Translations under genes and position numbers: made by a program
Notes under the pieces: model-generated
Seen by the model: the letters and a program-made list of their open reading frames with translations, nothing else
Databases searched by the model: none
What the model was told of the DNA's origin: nothing
DNA from: Octopus bimaculoides
Taxonomy: Eukaryota
NCBI RefSeq assembly: GCF_001194135.2
Contig: NC_068983.1
Coordinates: 107,218,498-107,263,116 of the forward strand
DNA: 44,619 nt
Direction: 5' to 3'
Shown here: positions 34,321 to 44,619 of the stretch, piece after piece
Position numbering within the stretch: position 1 is the first letter of the stretch
Layout: each line of letters starts with the position of its first letter

Positions 34321-35984
34321 GAGTAGACTGTATTAATATTCTTGTAGTTTAATTACAATCGTCACCAGATAATATTGAATAATTCAATTCATCACAATTT
34401 TCAAAATTAATGCTAAATAAAAATGAATTGACAACTCAACGTTTTTTCCAAATTTTTTTCATAAAAGTTTTAAATTATTAAGAAATCTATAAAAATAAAT
34501 TGCACTAAAAATGTGAAATGATTATTTCAAAGGGCATTTATCTTATTTAATGATAGCCTTAGGTATTGATGATTTAAATTTGCTGGGAAAATGCTCGACA
34601 GAACTATCAAAAGGAAATTACAACGTATTTCAGAACTACTTGTAAGCCAATGTTTAATAACCTGACATTGGTTTCAGTTTTAGATTGGTTTAACTCTGAA
34701 TACTTTGAAAATGATGCTGTTATATTTAACATTGCTAATGCTTAGCAAAGAACTTTTTTCCATATACAAGAGATGCAGTCATTGGTGTTAAACTGAAAAT
34801 AATTGAATGATTGTTGTTATTGTTGTTATTCATATTGCATCAGCCATGCAGGTGAGTGGAATGGTGTGTTTTATTGACTAAAAAATTATGTATGAAAGAG
34901 TATATATGGTCTTTAAAACTGAGGAAGAGGCAAGAAGACACAGGGTTGATGTGCATCACACCTATTCAAAGGCTGGCCCCACAGTAATTATGGAGCCAGA
35001 ATACAAGGGTCTACACCAGGAACATTGGCAGTGATATTTGCTCTTGGTTCATTCTTGCCATTGAGGCACAGTATGGGCTGGGAGTCAGTGTAGTGCTAGC
35101 ATAACCAGAAAGCTATTCTAAAGCTGCACCTCATTGTGGAGATAAAAACTGAAAACACACACACTTATGGTGCAGGGTAGAAAGCCTAGTTCCTCTATAT
35201 GTGGGAATTAGAACCATATAAAGGATTTCAATTCAGAAGAGAAGAAAACTAAAAAGCTGTCTGTAGCAGTTGTAGCAAAAACCAACAACAGGCCTCAGAA
35301 GTTGCTGTTTCTAACTTCAAGGATTGCATTAAAAATTCACTTCATTCTCAGTCTCAAAAGTTGATGACTAGGAATTTGAGATTTCCTCTCCCTGTTACTC
35401 CCTCAATGTCACATGTTGATATGCAGCAAATAGAAATCAGAGAATGCAAATCAATGTTTAGACACACAAGGAAGAGTCTATCTTCCTCTGGAAATTAATG
35501 GCATTCACAGTTCTTTGAGTAGTAAATGAGGAACTGATGGATGTCCAAAGTGAATAGCATCTGACTTAATAAAAATTTCAACAACAAACTATTGGTAAAC
35601 CACATTAATTGTATATCAACAGCTAAAATGTGAGAACCTAGGGTATACAGGAAAGTTCTGATTCTGTCCAAAACTAAAACTGCTGGTAGGAATTTTCTGA
35701 ATTACGAGTTTACAGGAGTGGAAGGTAATCAGAGTTGTGGGTTGCTCTCCCACATGTGTGGGCAGATTGTCCTTGTTTGTTTTTATTCATTTCATTTGTT
35801 TGTTTGTATGCTTGTCTGTCTGTCTTTGCTGTATCTTATATTTATTTATTTGCTTGTTTATCTTGACTTTTCATCTATCCTTATATATTGCATGACAATT
35901 TTTCCATATACATATGTTTGTGCTTACCCACATGTCCTATAAACCCTTTATATATCTTATTTTAGAAATGAATTAGGTCTGACA

Positions 35985-36215
35985 GCAATGTGTCAAATAA
36001 AGAAAGAATGACAGAATATTTAAAGCAGTGGTATTTATGGTATTTGTTCTAGCTGTTTATGTTCTGAGTTCAAATCCCCCCAGGTTCAACATTGCTTTTC
36101 ATCCTCCTAAGGTTAATAAAAAGAAATATTAGTTAAACTCGTAAATCAGTTTATCTAATTGTCTATATCTGTCCCACAAATTTCAGACATTGTGCATATG
36201 TCAGAAACAATTATT
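35985..36215 (+). mobile_element. Degenerate SINE family C
   Basis: GTTCTGAGTTCAAATCC, TTGCTTTTCATCC, tail CCCACAAATTTCAGACATTGTGC..AGAAACAATTATT. Confidence 0.6.
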
Positions 36216-36926
36216 GTTCTTGTTCTTGATGGTGAATGGTTGTGTTTGTGGTTGAGATTACTTCTAGAAATACAGATAATTACAAGCTTTTACTTACTGG
36301 ACATTTTTCTATTCTGGATTATTTTGGAAAAAGAATAGTTTGGAACATGTGGTCTTCTACCTCAATACTTGGCATAAGCAAGGGGTTTGTCTTTTAGACA
36401 TTATTTTATTTTTGCTGAAATATTTTATCTTGTGTTTACATTTAATTTAATATGGCTTCCTCTATCGGAGGAATGGGATAAGGTGCTAATAACAAAGGAA
36501 TTAGCAATTGATTTTTGTGATCAAAAACGAAATAATTTTCAAATAAATGAAATTGAATTCAAACTAAAACAAAGAAAATTTAATAAAAATATAAACAAAA
36601 AAACATGACAATTGAACAAGCAGATAATTTTACAAATGCAAACATCCACAAATGCACATGGCAGAGACAAAAATATTAACAACAAAAACAATATCACACA
36701 CTTATACATGATTACCGAAAGTACTAACAACAACTATACTAGCATTATCAGCTTAAAGAGAGGTTTTAGATGAGAAAGAAGGGATAGTGGTATGTTAAAT
36801 AAAGAGACTGCTTCCGTGTTCTTGGAATTTATCCAGTGATAATCAGAGTTGAAGGTGACATTCCTCTGCTTCATGAAGGTTGGTGGAGGATTTTATATGC
36901 CCACAAAATAATAATAATAATAATAA

Positions 36927-37042
36927 GCTGTAGAAACTCTGCCAAATCAGATTGGTGCCTGGTGTTGCCATCTGGTTTCACCAGTCCTCAGTCAAATCGT
37001 CCAACCCATGCTAGTATGGAAAGCGGACGTTAAACGACGATG
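36927..37042 (+). mobile_element. 116-bp RTE 3' stub inside an (AAT)n tract
   Basis: About 8 mismatches to 18438-18553 by eye; (AAT)n on both sides (36906-36926 and 37043-37078). Confidence 0.85.
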
Positions 37043-37120
37043 AATAATAATAATAATAATAATGATAATAATAATAATGACTTCTCTTATTAACCACAAG
37101 GGCCCAAATAACAATAATAA

Positions 37121-38990
37121 TTATTATTATTACATGTTTGGCTTTTGCTTTGTATTTGTACAAGTTGACTTCAAGACTCACCCAGCGACCTCAAGAGACA
37201 AGTTAGAAGTTCAAGTTGGTGTTATGAATATGGTGCCATATATTTGGTTTTGTTGAGAGTGTTGTTCTAGAGAATGTCTGTCAAAACATAAGTAAATTAG
37301 AAGTTTGTTTTAAAAGTAATTTGATTATAAGATAGTCTAATGTTAAGAGAACAGTAAAACGTGTTTGTTGTTATGTACATTTAAAAGTATTTTGATACTG
37401 TTTGAAATATTTTGGGGATTACACAGACAATATTTTACATGGGAATGGGCAGTTCCCATGAGTACTCTTTGAACTTTTTCCATTTTTGGATTTTCTGGTT
37501 TCTGAGCCAGGTAGCAATCAGCCCCTTTTGCTATCATTCCTAGGGCACATATGACAACAGGTACTGTTTTAGTCTTGAGGTTCCACATTTTGCCAATTTC
37601 TATTTCAAGATCTTTATACTTGCTCAGTTTTTGGTAGGTCTTGACACATACATATATGTCAGTTGGGACAGTCATATCGATGAGGAGGCATAATTTTTGT
37701 CTGAAATCCTTCAATATAATGTTTGGCCTATTTGCGTCTGTGTTTTTGTCATTTTGAGTGGTAAAATTCTAGAGGAGCAGAGATGTGGTCATTTTCAAGT
37801 GCTGGCAGTAGTTTGTTCTTCCACTACTTTTTATCATGGGGCAGGTCCAAGTCTTGCAAATTACCCAGTGAATATACGGTGCTGCTCTCTCATGCCTGTT
37901 TAGATTCTCTGTCGGCACAAGAAGACTGCACATGGAGACAACATGATCAATGGTTTCATTTTGTTGTTTACATACATGACATATTGGGCTACTGTCGTTC
38001 TTTAAGATGTTGTCCTAGTAGCTTCTTGTAGGTAGGCATTGATCTTGGGCTGTTATGATTTTAAGCCAGAAGGCACTAACCATTGACGGATAAGGGCTTT
38101 GTCAGCATTGGTATTATTAGCTCTCCTTGGGTATTTGCCATTGAGAGGTTTTTCTTGCCATTTATTAGTAAGAATATACAAGGCAGCAGTTTTAGCATGG
38201 GTTTTCATACACTTAGCTTTTTCTGTGTTTGTTTCCAGTACATCTAATTCTGGGATTTGTTGTATTTGGAATTCACTAAGATATTTCTTTGCCTGTTTTG
38301 TTACTAAGTATGATGTTTTCTTGTTTTCATGCATTAAAACAAGTTTTAACATCCAGTCATCAGAGTTTTTCAGGCATGTTTCTAGGCCAATTGTGATAAT
38401 TTTCATTGTTAATTCCAGTTGTAAAAGTCCGCAACCACTGGCAGGTAAATTTGTTCTATATCTGCCTTAGGGTGGTGCATTCTATGCATTGTCAACAATT
38501 TTCGTATTCTTCTGTCAATATTACAGATTTCAGTAATTGACCAGTTAATAATATTGAAACTGTAAGTCATGACCAGTATGGCTTAAGTATTGATCACTTC
38601 AATCCTGTTTCTTTCATTCACCTCTCTCTTGAGTATTGCCCTTACCCTGCGATAACATTCTTTTCTGATCTTTTCCCTCATCATTGAATGCTTGATTCCA
38701 TCACTTTCAAATACCCCTAGGTATTTGTAGCTCTCCACTGGTTCTAACTCCTTTATGACATTCTGTTGGTCAAGATTAACATTGGATATTTCTATCATTT
38801 TTCCTCTGATAAAGGTAGCTTTTGCACATTTATTGAGACCAAATACCATCCTGATGTCATCACTAAACTGTTTGACAATTGCTAGTAAGCCCTGTAGTTG
38901 TTGGTCATTTTTGGCAAAGAGCTTTAAATCATACATGTAAAAGAGATGATTTATATTTTTATAGCCATATTGTACATTATCGAGCAATTT
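37121..38990 (-). mobile_element. R4/Dong-type RLE LINE fragment 3: RT C-terminal half, thumb, CCHC, RLE, 3' UTR, (TAA)n tail; pseudogenised
   Basis: INHLFYMYDLKLFAKN (YMDD altered to YMYD, 38928-38939), FGLNKCAK, YKYLG, HHPKAD, WQEKPLNGKY, CHVCKQQNETIDHVVSMC, NRPNIILKD..IDMTVP..KLSKYKDL, VPVVICALG; multiple stops and frameshifts. Confidence 0.9.
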
Positions 38991-39067
38991 CGAAAGAGCA
39001 ATTTGAAAATCAAATAATAATAATTTTTTGCAATTGCTTCATTATTGTTGTTGTTGTCATCGTCGTC

Positions 39068-39280
39068 AAGGTGATGAGCTGGCAGAATTGCTAGCACACT
39101 GGGCAAAATGCTCAGCAATATTTTGTCTGTTTTCCTGTTCTGAGTTCAAATTCTGCTGTGGTAGGCTTTGCCTTTCATCCTTTCAGAGTTAAAAAATTAA
39201 ATACCAGTGAAACACTGGGTCGATGTAATTGACTAGTCCCCTCCCACCAAATTTCAGGCCTTGTGCCTTTAGTAGAAAGG

Positions 39281-39313
<33 letters not shown>

Positions 39314-39955
39314 TGAGCTGGCAGAATTATTAGCAAACCGGGCAAAACGCTTAACAGCATATCGTCTGTTCTTAGTTCAAATTCTGCAAAAGTCGACTTT
39401 GCCTTTCATCCTTTCAGGGTTGATGAAATAAGTACCAATTGAACACTGGAGGTCAATGTAATCAACTCATCCCCTACCCTAAAATTACTGGCTCTATATC
39501 TTCAGGAGGAGTTACCTCAATCCTTTCTTGAAGAATTATTTTAGCATCTCAAAAATGCCTTGTGGTATTTGTTCTGGCTCTTTACTATCAAATTTCAAAT
39601 CCTGATGAGGTGTCAACTTTGTCATTCATCCTTTTCGGATTGATTAGATAAAGTACCAGTCAATTACTTGGGTTGATGGAATCAAGTAACCCCTCCCTAT
39701 AAAACTGCCATCTTTCTGCCTAAATTAGAAACTACCCTCACCCCCACCCCCTCCTCCTCCTCCTCCTCCTCATCATCATCATCCTCTTTAGTTTAGTATC
39801 TACTTTCCAGTATTTACCACACTTTTATATTCTTAATTCATGTGTGACCTTGGTTGATTTTTGCCTTCATTTTTCTGTGACAGATAAAATAAGTACCAGT
39901 AATACTATGTGACCCCCAGCTAAAGTGTATAGCTTTGTGCCAATATTAGAAATTG
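39068..39955 (+). mobile_element. Head-to-tail array of four SINE family C copies (39068-39312, 39315-39495, about 39540-39732, about 39830-39955)
   Basis: Each has the TTTG(C/T)C(T/A)TTCAT...A(A/G)TACCA core; copies 1 and 2 start GAGCTGGCAGAATT; (TTA)n at about 39282-39312. Confidence 0.8.
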
Positions 39956-42435
39956 CTTTATTATTATCAATTTCATCATAATAATTTTAATGTTCATTAA
40001 TAATTATAATTATCTTATTATTGATACTAATTTTATTCATTTACTTCAAAAGGAAGTAATTTCTAGGTTGTACTACTTACTTTAAAGATAACATAGAGGA
40101 TAAACAATGAAACTTTTATTGCTGGCTTCCTTTATATATATTTTAGGGTCAGTGTTACTTACCAGATATCACTTTTGCAGAAGAATCTTACTGGACAATA
40201 GTATGACTTTGATCCTACGTTCTTCAAATCAAGAAACATTAACACTGTTGTAGATGATTGCACAAGCTAATTAAAGAAATCATTAGAGAAAATAACTAAG
40301 CAATCAGAGAATTTTCATAAAGAATTAACATCAAAGTTATCAGCTTAGTGTGTAAATTCCCATAAGGAAAAGCTAACAATTATGAAGCTGCCTATACAAT
40401 TTCTGATGAAAATGTGTATACATTTGAACAATTCCAAAGCTAAAACCTTGAATTAAAAATCATTGAAAACTTTACTAGAAATTTCTAACAAGATTAAATC
40501 AAAGATGCAAGAATTATTTGGAAATGAAAGGTGTCACTACACAAACTCTTTCAATTAACCAGACGGAAGAAAGTCGAATAAGATAACAATGAATGAAATT
40601 AAAGGAAAGCCACTGAAACATTGGCAATAAACCATTTTCAGGAAGTATTTGATTCTATTGAGCAAATCACTACTATTGCAGTTGGCAATGGTGTTTAAGT
40701 TAAAAGAAATAGAAGATGAAATGGAAGCCAAAATCAAACCAAAATCTCTATGCTGGAAGGGTAAAGTGGGTGATTTTAGATTGAGTTACTTGGAAGAAGT
40801 ACATGAAATGTTGCTGTGAGATGAATGGATTAAAATTTGGCTGAGATTTTCTAAAAGAGGCTGCATTAAAAGAAAGGGAATAAATAGAAATCATTAAGGG
40901 ACATTTTTGTGATGCAGTTTATAGCTGTTTGGAAGCTAATTTGAATAATTATTTAATGGGATTGTTTGAACAGGTATAAGTGAGTTGTATTAGAGGTTTT
41001 ATAAATAATTCCCCAAGTTAATTTCATAAACGATTGGAGAAAAGCAGTAGCCATCAATTTTAAGGGATATAACGACCATTCCTATTAAAATGCATGTAGT
41101 TATTATTATTGTTTGAATGATTAGAGTAATTGAACATTAGAGAAGATTTAAAAAGAATGAGCAAATGAACTACACAAATAGAAATTGATGAAACAATGTC
41201 CATTCACAACCATCAATTTTAGGTAGGAAGAAAACTATAGAGCTTAAAATCAATAGCCACTATGGTTATGTGATTATAATTGACATTGTTTATTGTATAC
41301 ATTACATCTCAGTTGTTGGCATTGTGTTATGTTTTTGGGAAAGACATACTGCCTCTTATAACAGAATTCATATAAAATGTAGATAGTTCACATTCTCAGT
41401 TAAATTCTTTGTGGTATCTATTTTGATGCCTCATATTTCTGCATTCAAATCCTACCTTGGTTGATATTTTTGTGTTTCATTCTTCCAGGGGAGCAATCTA
41501 TATTCCTTTTCTCTAGAAAATTGGTTTTGTTTCCTGTCACAAAAAATATTTTAAAAACTTTTTTCAAATAATGGCCATGCCCTCTGATTATACATTGGCT
41601 GCTGAGACGCTACACATTTATAACTTCTTATGGTATCTTCATATTTACTCAAAGTTCATGACTTGTATATATCTTTCAATCTTGGAAAACAAGAATTACC
41701 ATTCTTTATCTTATCTTTGGATTGATTTACAAAATAGACTCTATTGCACTGTCTCTGTCTGACAATTTCATATTCATAACTACTACATTCCATATCTTTC
41801 TTTATCTGCTCATTTTTTTAAATATAACAAGTTTATTGCATCTTCATTTACTTAAAATCATCTATTTTTTTCTTTTGTCTTATTTTGATCATGATGATAT
41901 ATGTGTGCATGTATGTATGTATATGTATATATATATTTATATATATATGTGTGCATGTATATGTGTAGATATATGTGTGTGTGTGTATATATACATATAC
42001 ATACACACACACATATATATATGTTAAAATTAACATTTAGATTTAAATTCAAAACTTAAACTATGTTTAGGGTATGTCCCTAGTAGTATGCTGACAAAGC
42101 ACATTTACTGCCTATGGCTACCTAGCATCATCCATGGTAATAACACATTCGTCGTTGGATCTACATTAGGGATTTCTAAGTACACATTGAGTATAATAGA
42201 AACAATGAATACAGAAGATAGAGTATACTGGAAACTTTTGTGAAGTAATGCTTCATGAAACATTACTTATGTAATGAGAAACTGAGTTGCATCACCTGAA
42301 GAAATGCTTGCACACTGTGGGGTGCACTGTAATTCATTATATAGTTTCCCACCCATGAGGTGCAGGATGTATTGAAACAATTGTTGTGATAAATAAAGTT
42401 TCCAGTATACTCTATCTTCTGCATCCATTGTTTCT

Positions 42436-42436
42436 A

Positions 42437-42476
<40 letters not shown>

Positions 42477-42477
42477 G

Positions 42478-42510
<33 letters not shown>

Positions 42511-42516
42511 ATCTAA

Positions 42517-42554
<38 letters not shown>

Positions 42555-42585
42555 TTAGATATATATATATTTAGATATATATTTA

Positions 42586-42632
<47 letters not shown>
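42436..42632. repeat. (ATCT)n followed by (TA)n microsatellite
   Basis: Seen directly. Confidence 0.95.
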
Positions 42633-42635
<3 letters not shown>

Positions 42636-42824
42636 TGAGTGGACAATTGAAAGAAAAGGGCACTCAGCTCGTTTATTAAGAGTTATTTGTATTATTTAAA
42701 ACAGTTTTATTTGGTTCCCTGTCACTTAGTATCTCTCCATTTGGAAATCTAAAGCCTGCAAGAGACAGGCTTCTAAGTTGTATGGAACCAAATCAAACTG
42801 CTTTAGATAATAATAATAATGATA

Positions 42825-43036
42825 ATAACCCTTTCTTCTAAAGGTACAAGGCCTGAAATTTTTGGGGAGAAGGGTTAGTTGATTACATCGACCCCAGTGC
42901 AAAACTGGTGCTTATTTTATTGACCCCAAAAGGATGAAAGCCAAAGTTAACCTTGGCAGAATTTGAACTCAGAATGTGCAGACGGATGGAAAGTTGCTTA
43001 GCGTTTTGCTTGGCAGGCTAACGATTCAACCAGCTT
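42825..43036 (-). mobile_element. SINE family C in an (AAT)n context with a possible 15-bp TSD
   Basis: ATAATAATAATGATA at 42810-42824 and 43037-43051; the body is colinear with 33291-33503. Confidence 0.85.
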
Positions 43037-44255
43037 ATAATAATAATGATATATTTATATATATGAGCAAACATACAGAGGAAGAAAGGAAATGACAGAG
43101 GCAGTAAAAGAGGGAGATGTGCAAGCTTCAGAGGTACAGTTATGAATGGGGAGAGCAAATGGCCATTGAGAACTGAGAGATGAACAGTTATATAGTAGTA
43201 AATAAGGATTAGAATAGAGTCAGGAGTCAAAGATCAGATCTAGAAGACACATGTAAACAAGTTAGTTCACTCATGAGGGTTGTTGGAAATGAAGAAAATT
43301 AACAAGGGAAGACACAAAGGCTAAAACATCATTTCAGACTCATGGAAGTATCACAAAAATAAAGGAATGTGATATTTTGAATGGTGATGTTTATAAGCTT
43401 TTATTACTTTTTATCTGCTTGTTCAAACACAAATGCATTGTTCATCCACAGACAAAATCTAAACATAAACTATTTATTTTCTGTCTGCAAAATGACTGAC
43501 TGTGAATGACATCATTTTCAGACAGAGCTGTATTACTACACTATACTATAAACAGGTCAAATACTACTAACATATCCTAAGACCTTTTGGGTGAAACTGT
43601 GTGTAAATAAGTTTAAAATACGTAACAATGTCTACTAATCTGTTTACATTCAGTTGATCTACTTGCAATTCATAGAAATATATAAAACCTTCTGAAGATT
43701 GAAATGTTTACTTTTATTTTTAGTTTTAAATGAAGCATAATTCTTTAATACAAAATAAATAATAAACTAATGTCGTTTTCTAGTGAATAGTGTGAATCAG
43801 TGTGGATATTTTTCAAAACTCTTTTGTACAAAATGAAGTAAAACATGAAGGAACTTTGATATAAGAAGGGAGTCAAAAGAAGATACTATATTTTGTATAT
43901 GTCAAAGTAAAATGAAAAATAAAATTAGAATAATTTGATGTAAATATTATTGTGAAGTAAACAATGCGTAAAGTAGAATATTTCCAAATTTTGATATTTT
44001 CAAAGATCCCTAAAAAAAAAAAATACTAAATCATAATACATATAGTTATCTATTTTTAAGGATGTTACAACCTAAAAAATACAGACTCAAACCAACCTCA
44101 ATAAATCTAAATGTGCAAGGATTTTATCCTCATTTTACAAATTGGATCTCAGAAAATGAAAAAAAAAGGAGACTTCTATATATGTTGGATACCTACTATT
44201 AATGCTAACTTCTTGCCATCAATTTAAGAAGGATTACTAATTTTCATTCCTATAT

Positions 44256-44488
44256 GTGCTGGTGTGAAGTAAAAAACACTTGTACCAGCACCAGATAAAA
44301 GCACTCAAGCTGGTGTCATGTTAAAAGTACCCAACACACACTGTAAAGTGGTTGGCATTAGGAAGGGCATCCAGGTGTAGAAATCAGACCGGAATTGTAA
44401 GCAGTTTCCCAGCTTGCCAGCTCTAGTCAAACCATCCAACCCATGCTAGCATGGGAAATGGACGTTAAAGGATGATGATGATGATGAT
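44256..44488 (+). mobile_element. RTE-type 3' end with (GAT)n tail
   Basis: Three GTG..AAAAGCAC-like units, GTGGTTGGCATTAGGAAGGGCATCCAG, CCATGCTAGCATGG, GTTAAAG(GAT)6. Confidence 0.8.
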
Positions 44489-44582
44489 TTGGTTAAACTC
44501 ATATTGCTATCTTCATTTGTCATATTTACTGCTTTTGGTTCCAATTACAGGAGAGTTTGTAGTAATACTGAAGATACAGTGA

Positions 44583-44619
<37 letters not shown>

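Noticed and set aside
40160-40800. A-rich plus-strand stretch with protein-like fragments (YDFDPTFFKSRNINTVVDD..)
   Set aside because: Many stops plus a frameshift are needed, and no family was recognised; it would need BLASTX to reconsider.
1-44619. CRISPR arrays, operons, rRNA genes
   Set aside because: No regularly spaced repeat-spacer structure, no prokaryote-like gene density and no rRNA motifs were seen.

Overview
AT-rich, microsatellite-dense eukaryotic DNA with seven N gaps (2183-2435, 8286-8295, 17531-18328, 20099-20939, 22241-22254, 28626-28635, 32211-32261). The SINE and LINE-tail families resemble octopus (coleoid cephalopod) repeats; this comes from my recognition of the families, not from a search. 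I recognise no intact host gene, RNA gene or CRISPR array, and most listed ORFs are microsatellite or N-gap artefacts. The interpretable content is transposon-derived: an internally deleted hAT element with TIRs and TSD (13759-16006), a second hAT end, a Tc1 end, two piggyBac-like MITEs, RTE LINE fragments, three R4/Dong-type RLE LINE fragments beside (TAA)n tracts, and about 20 tRNA-derived SINE copies. The most unusual signal is a long inverted repeat (7941-8284) in which each arm carries a differently damaged minimal hammerhead-ribozyme-like motif. All alignments and translations were done by eye.
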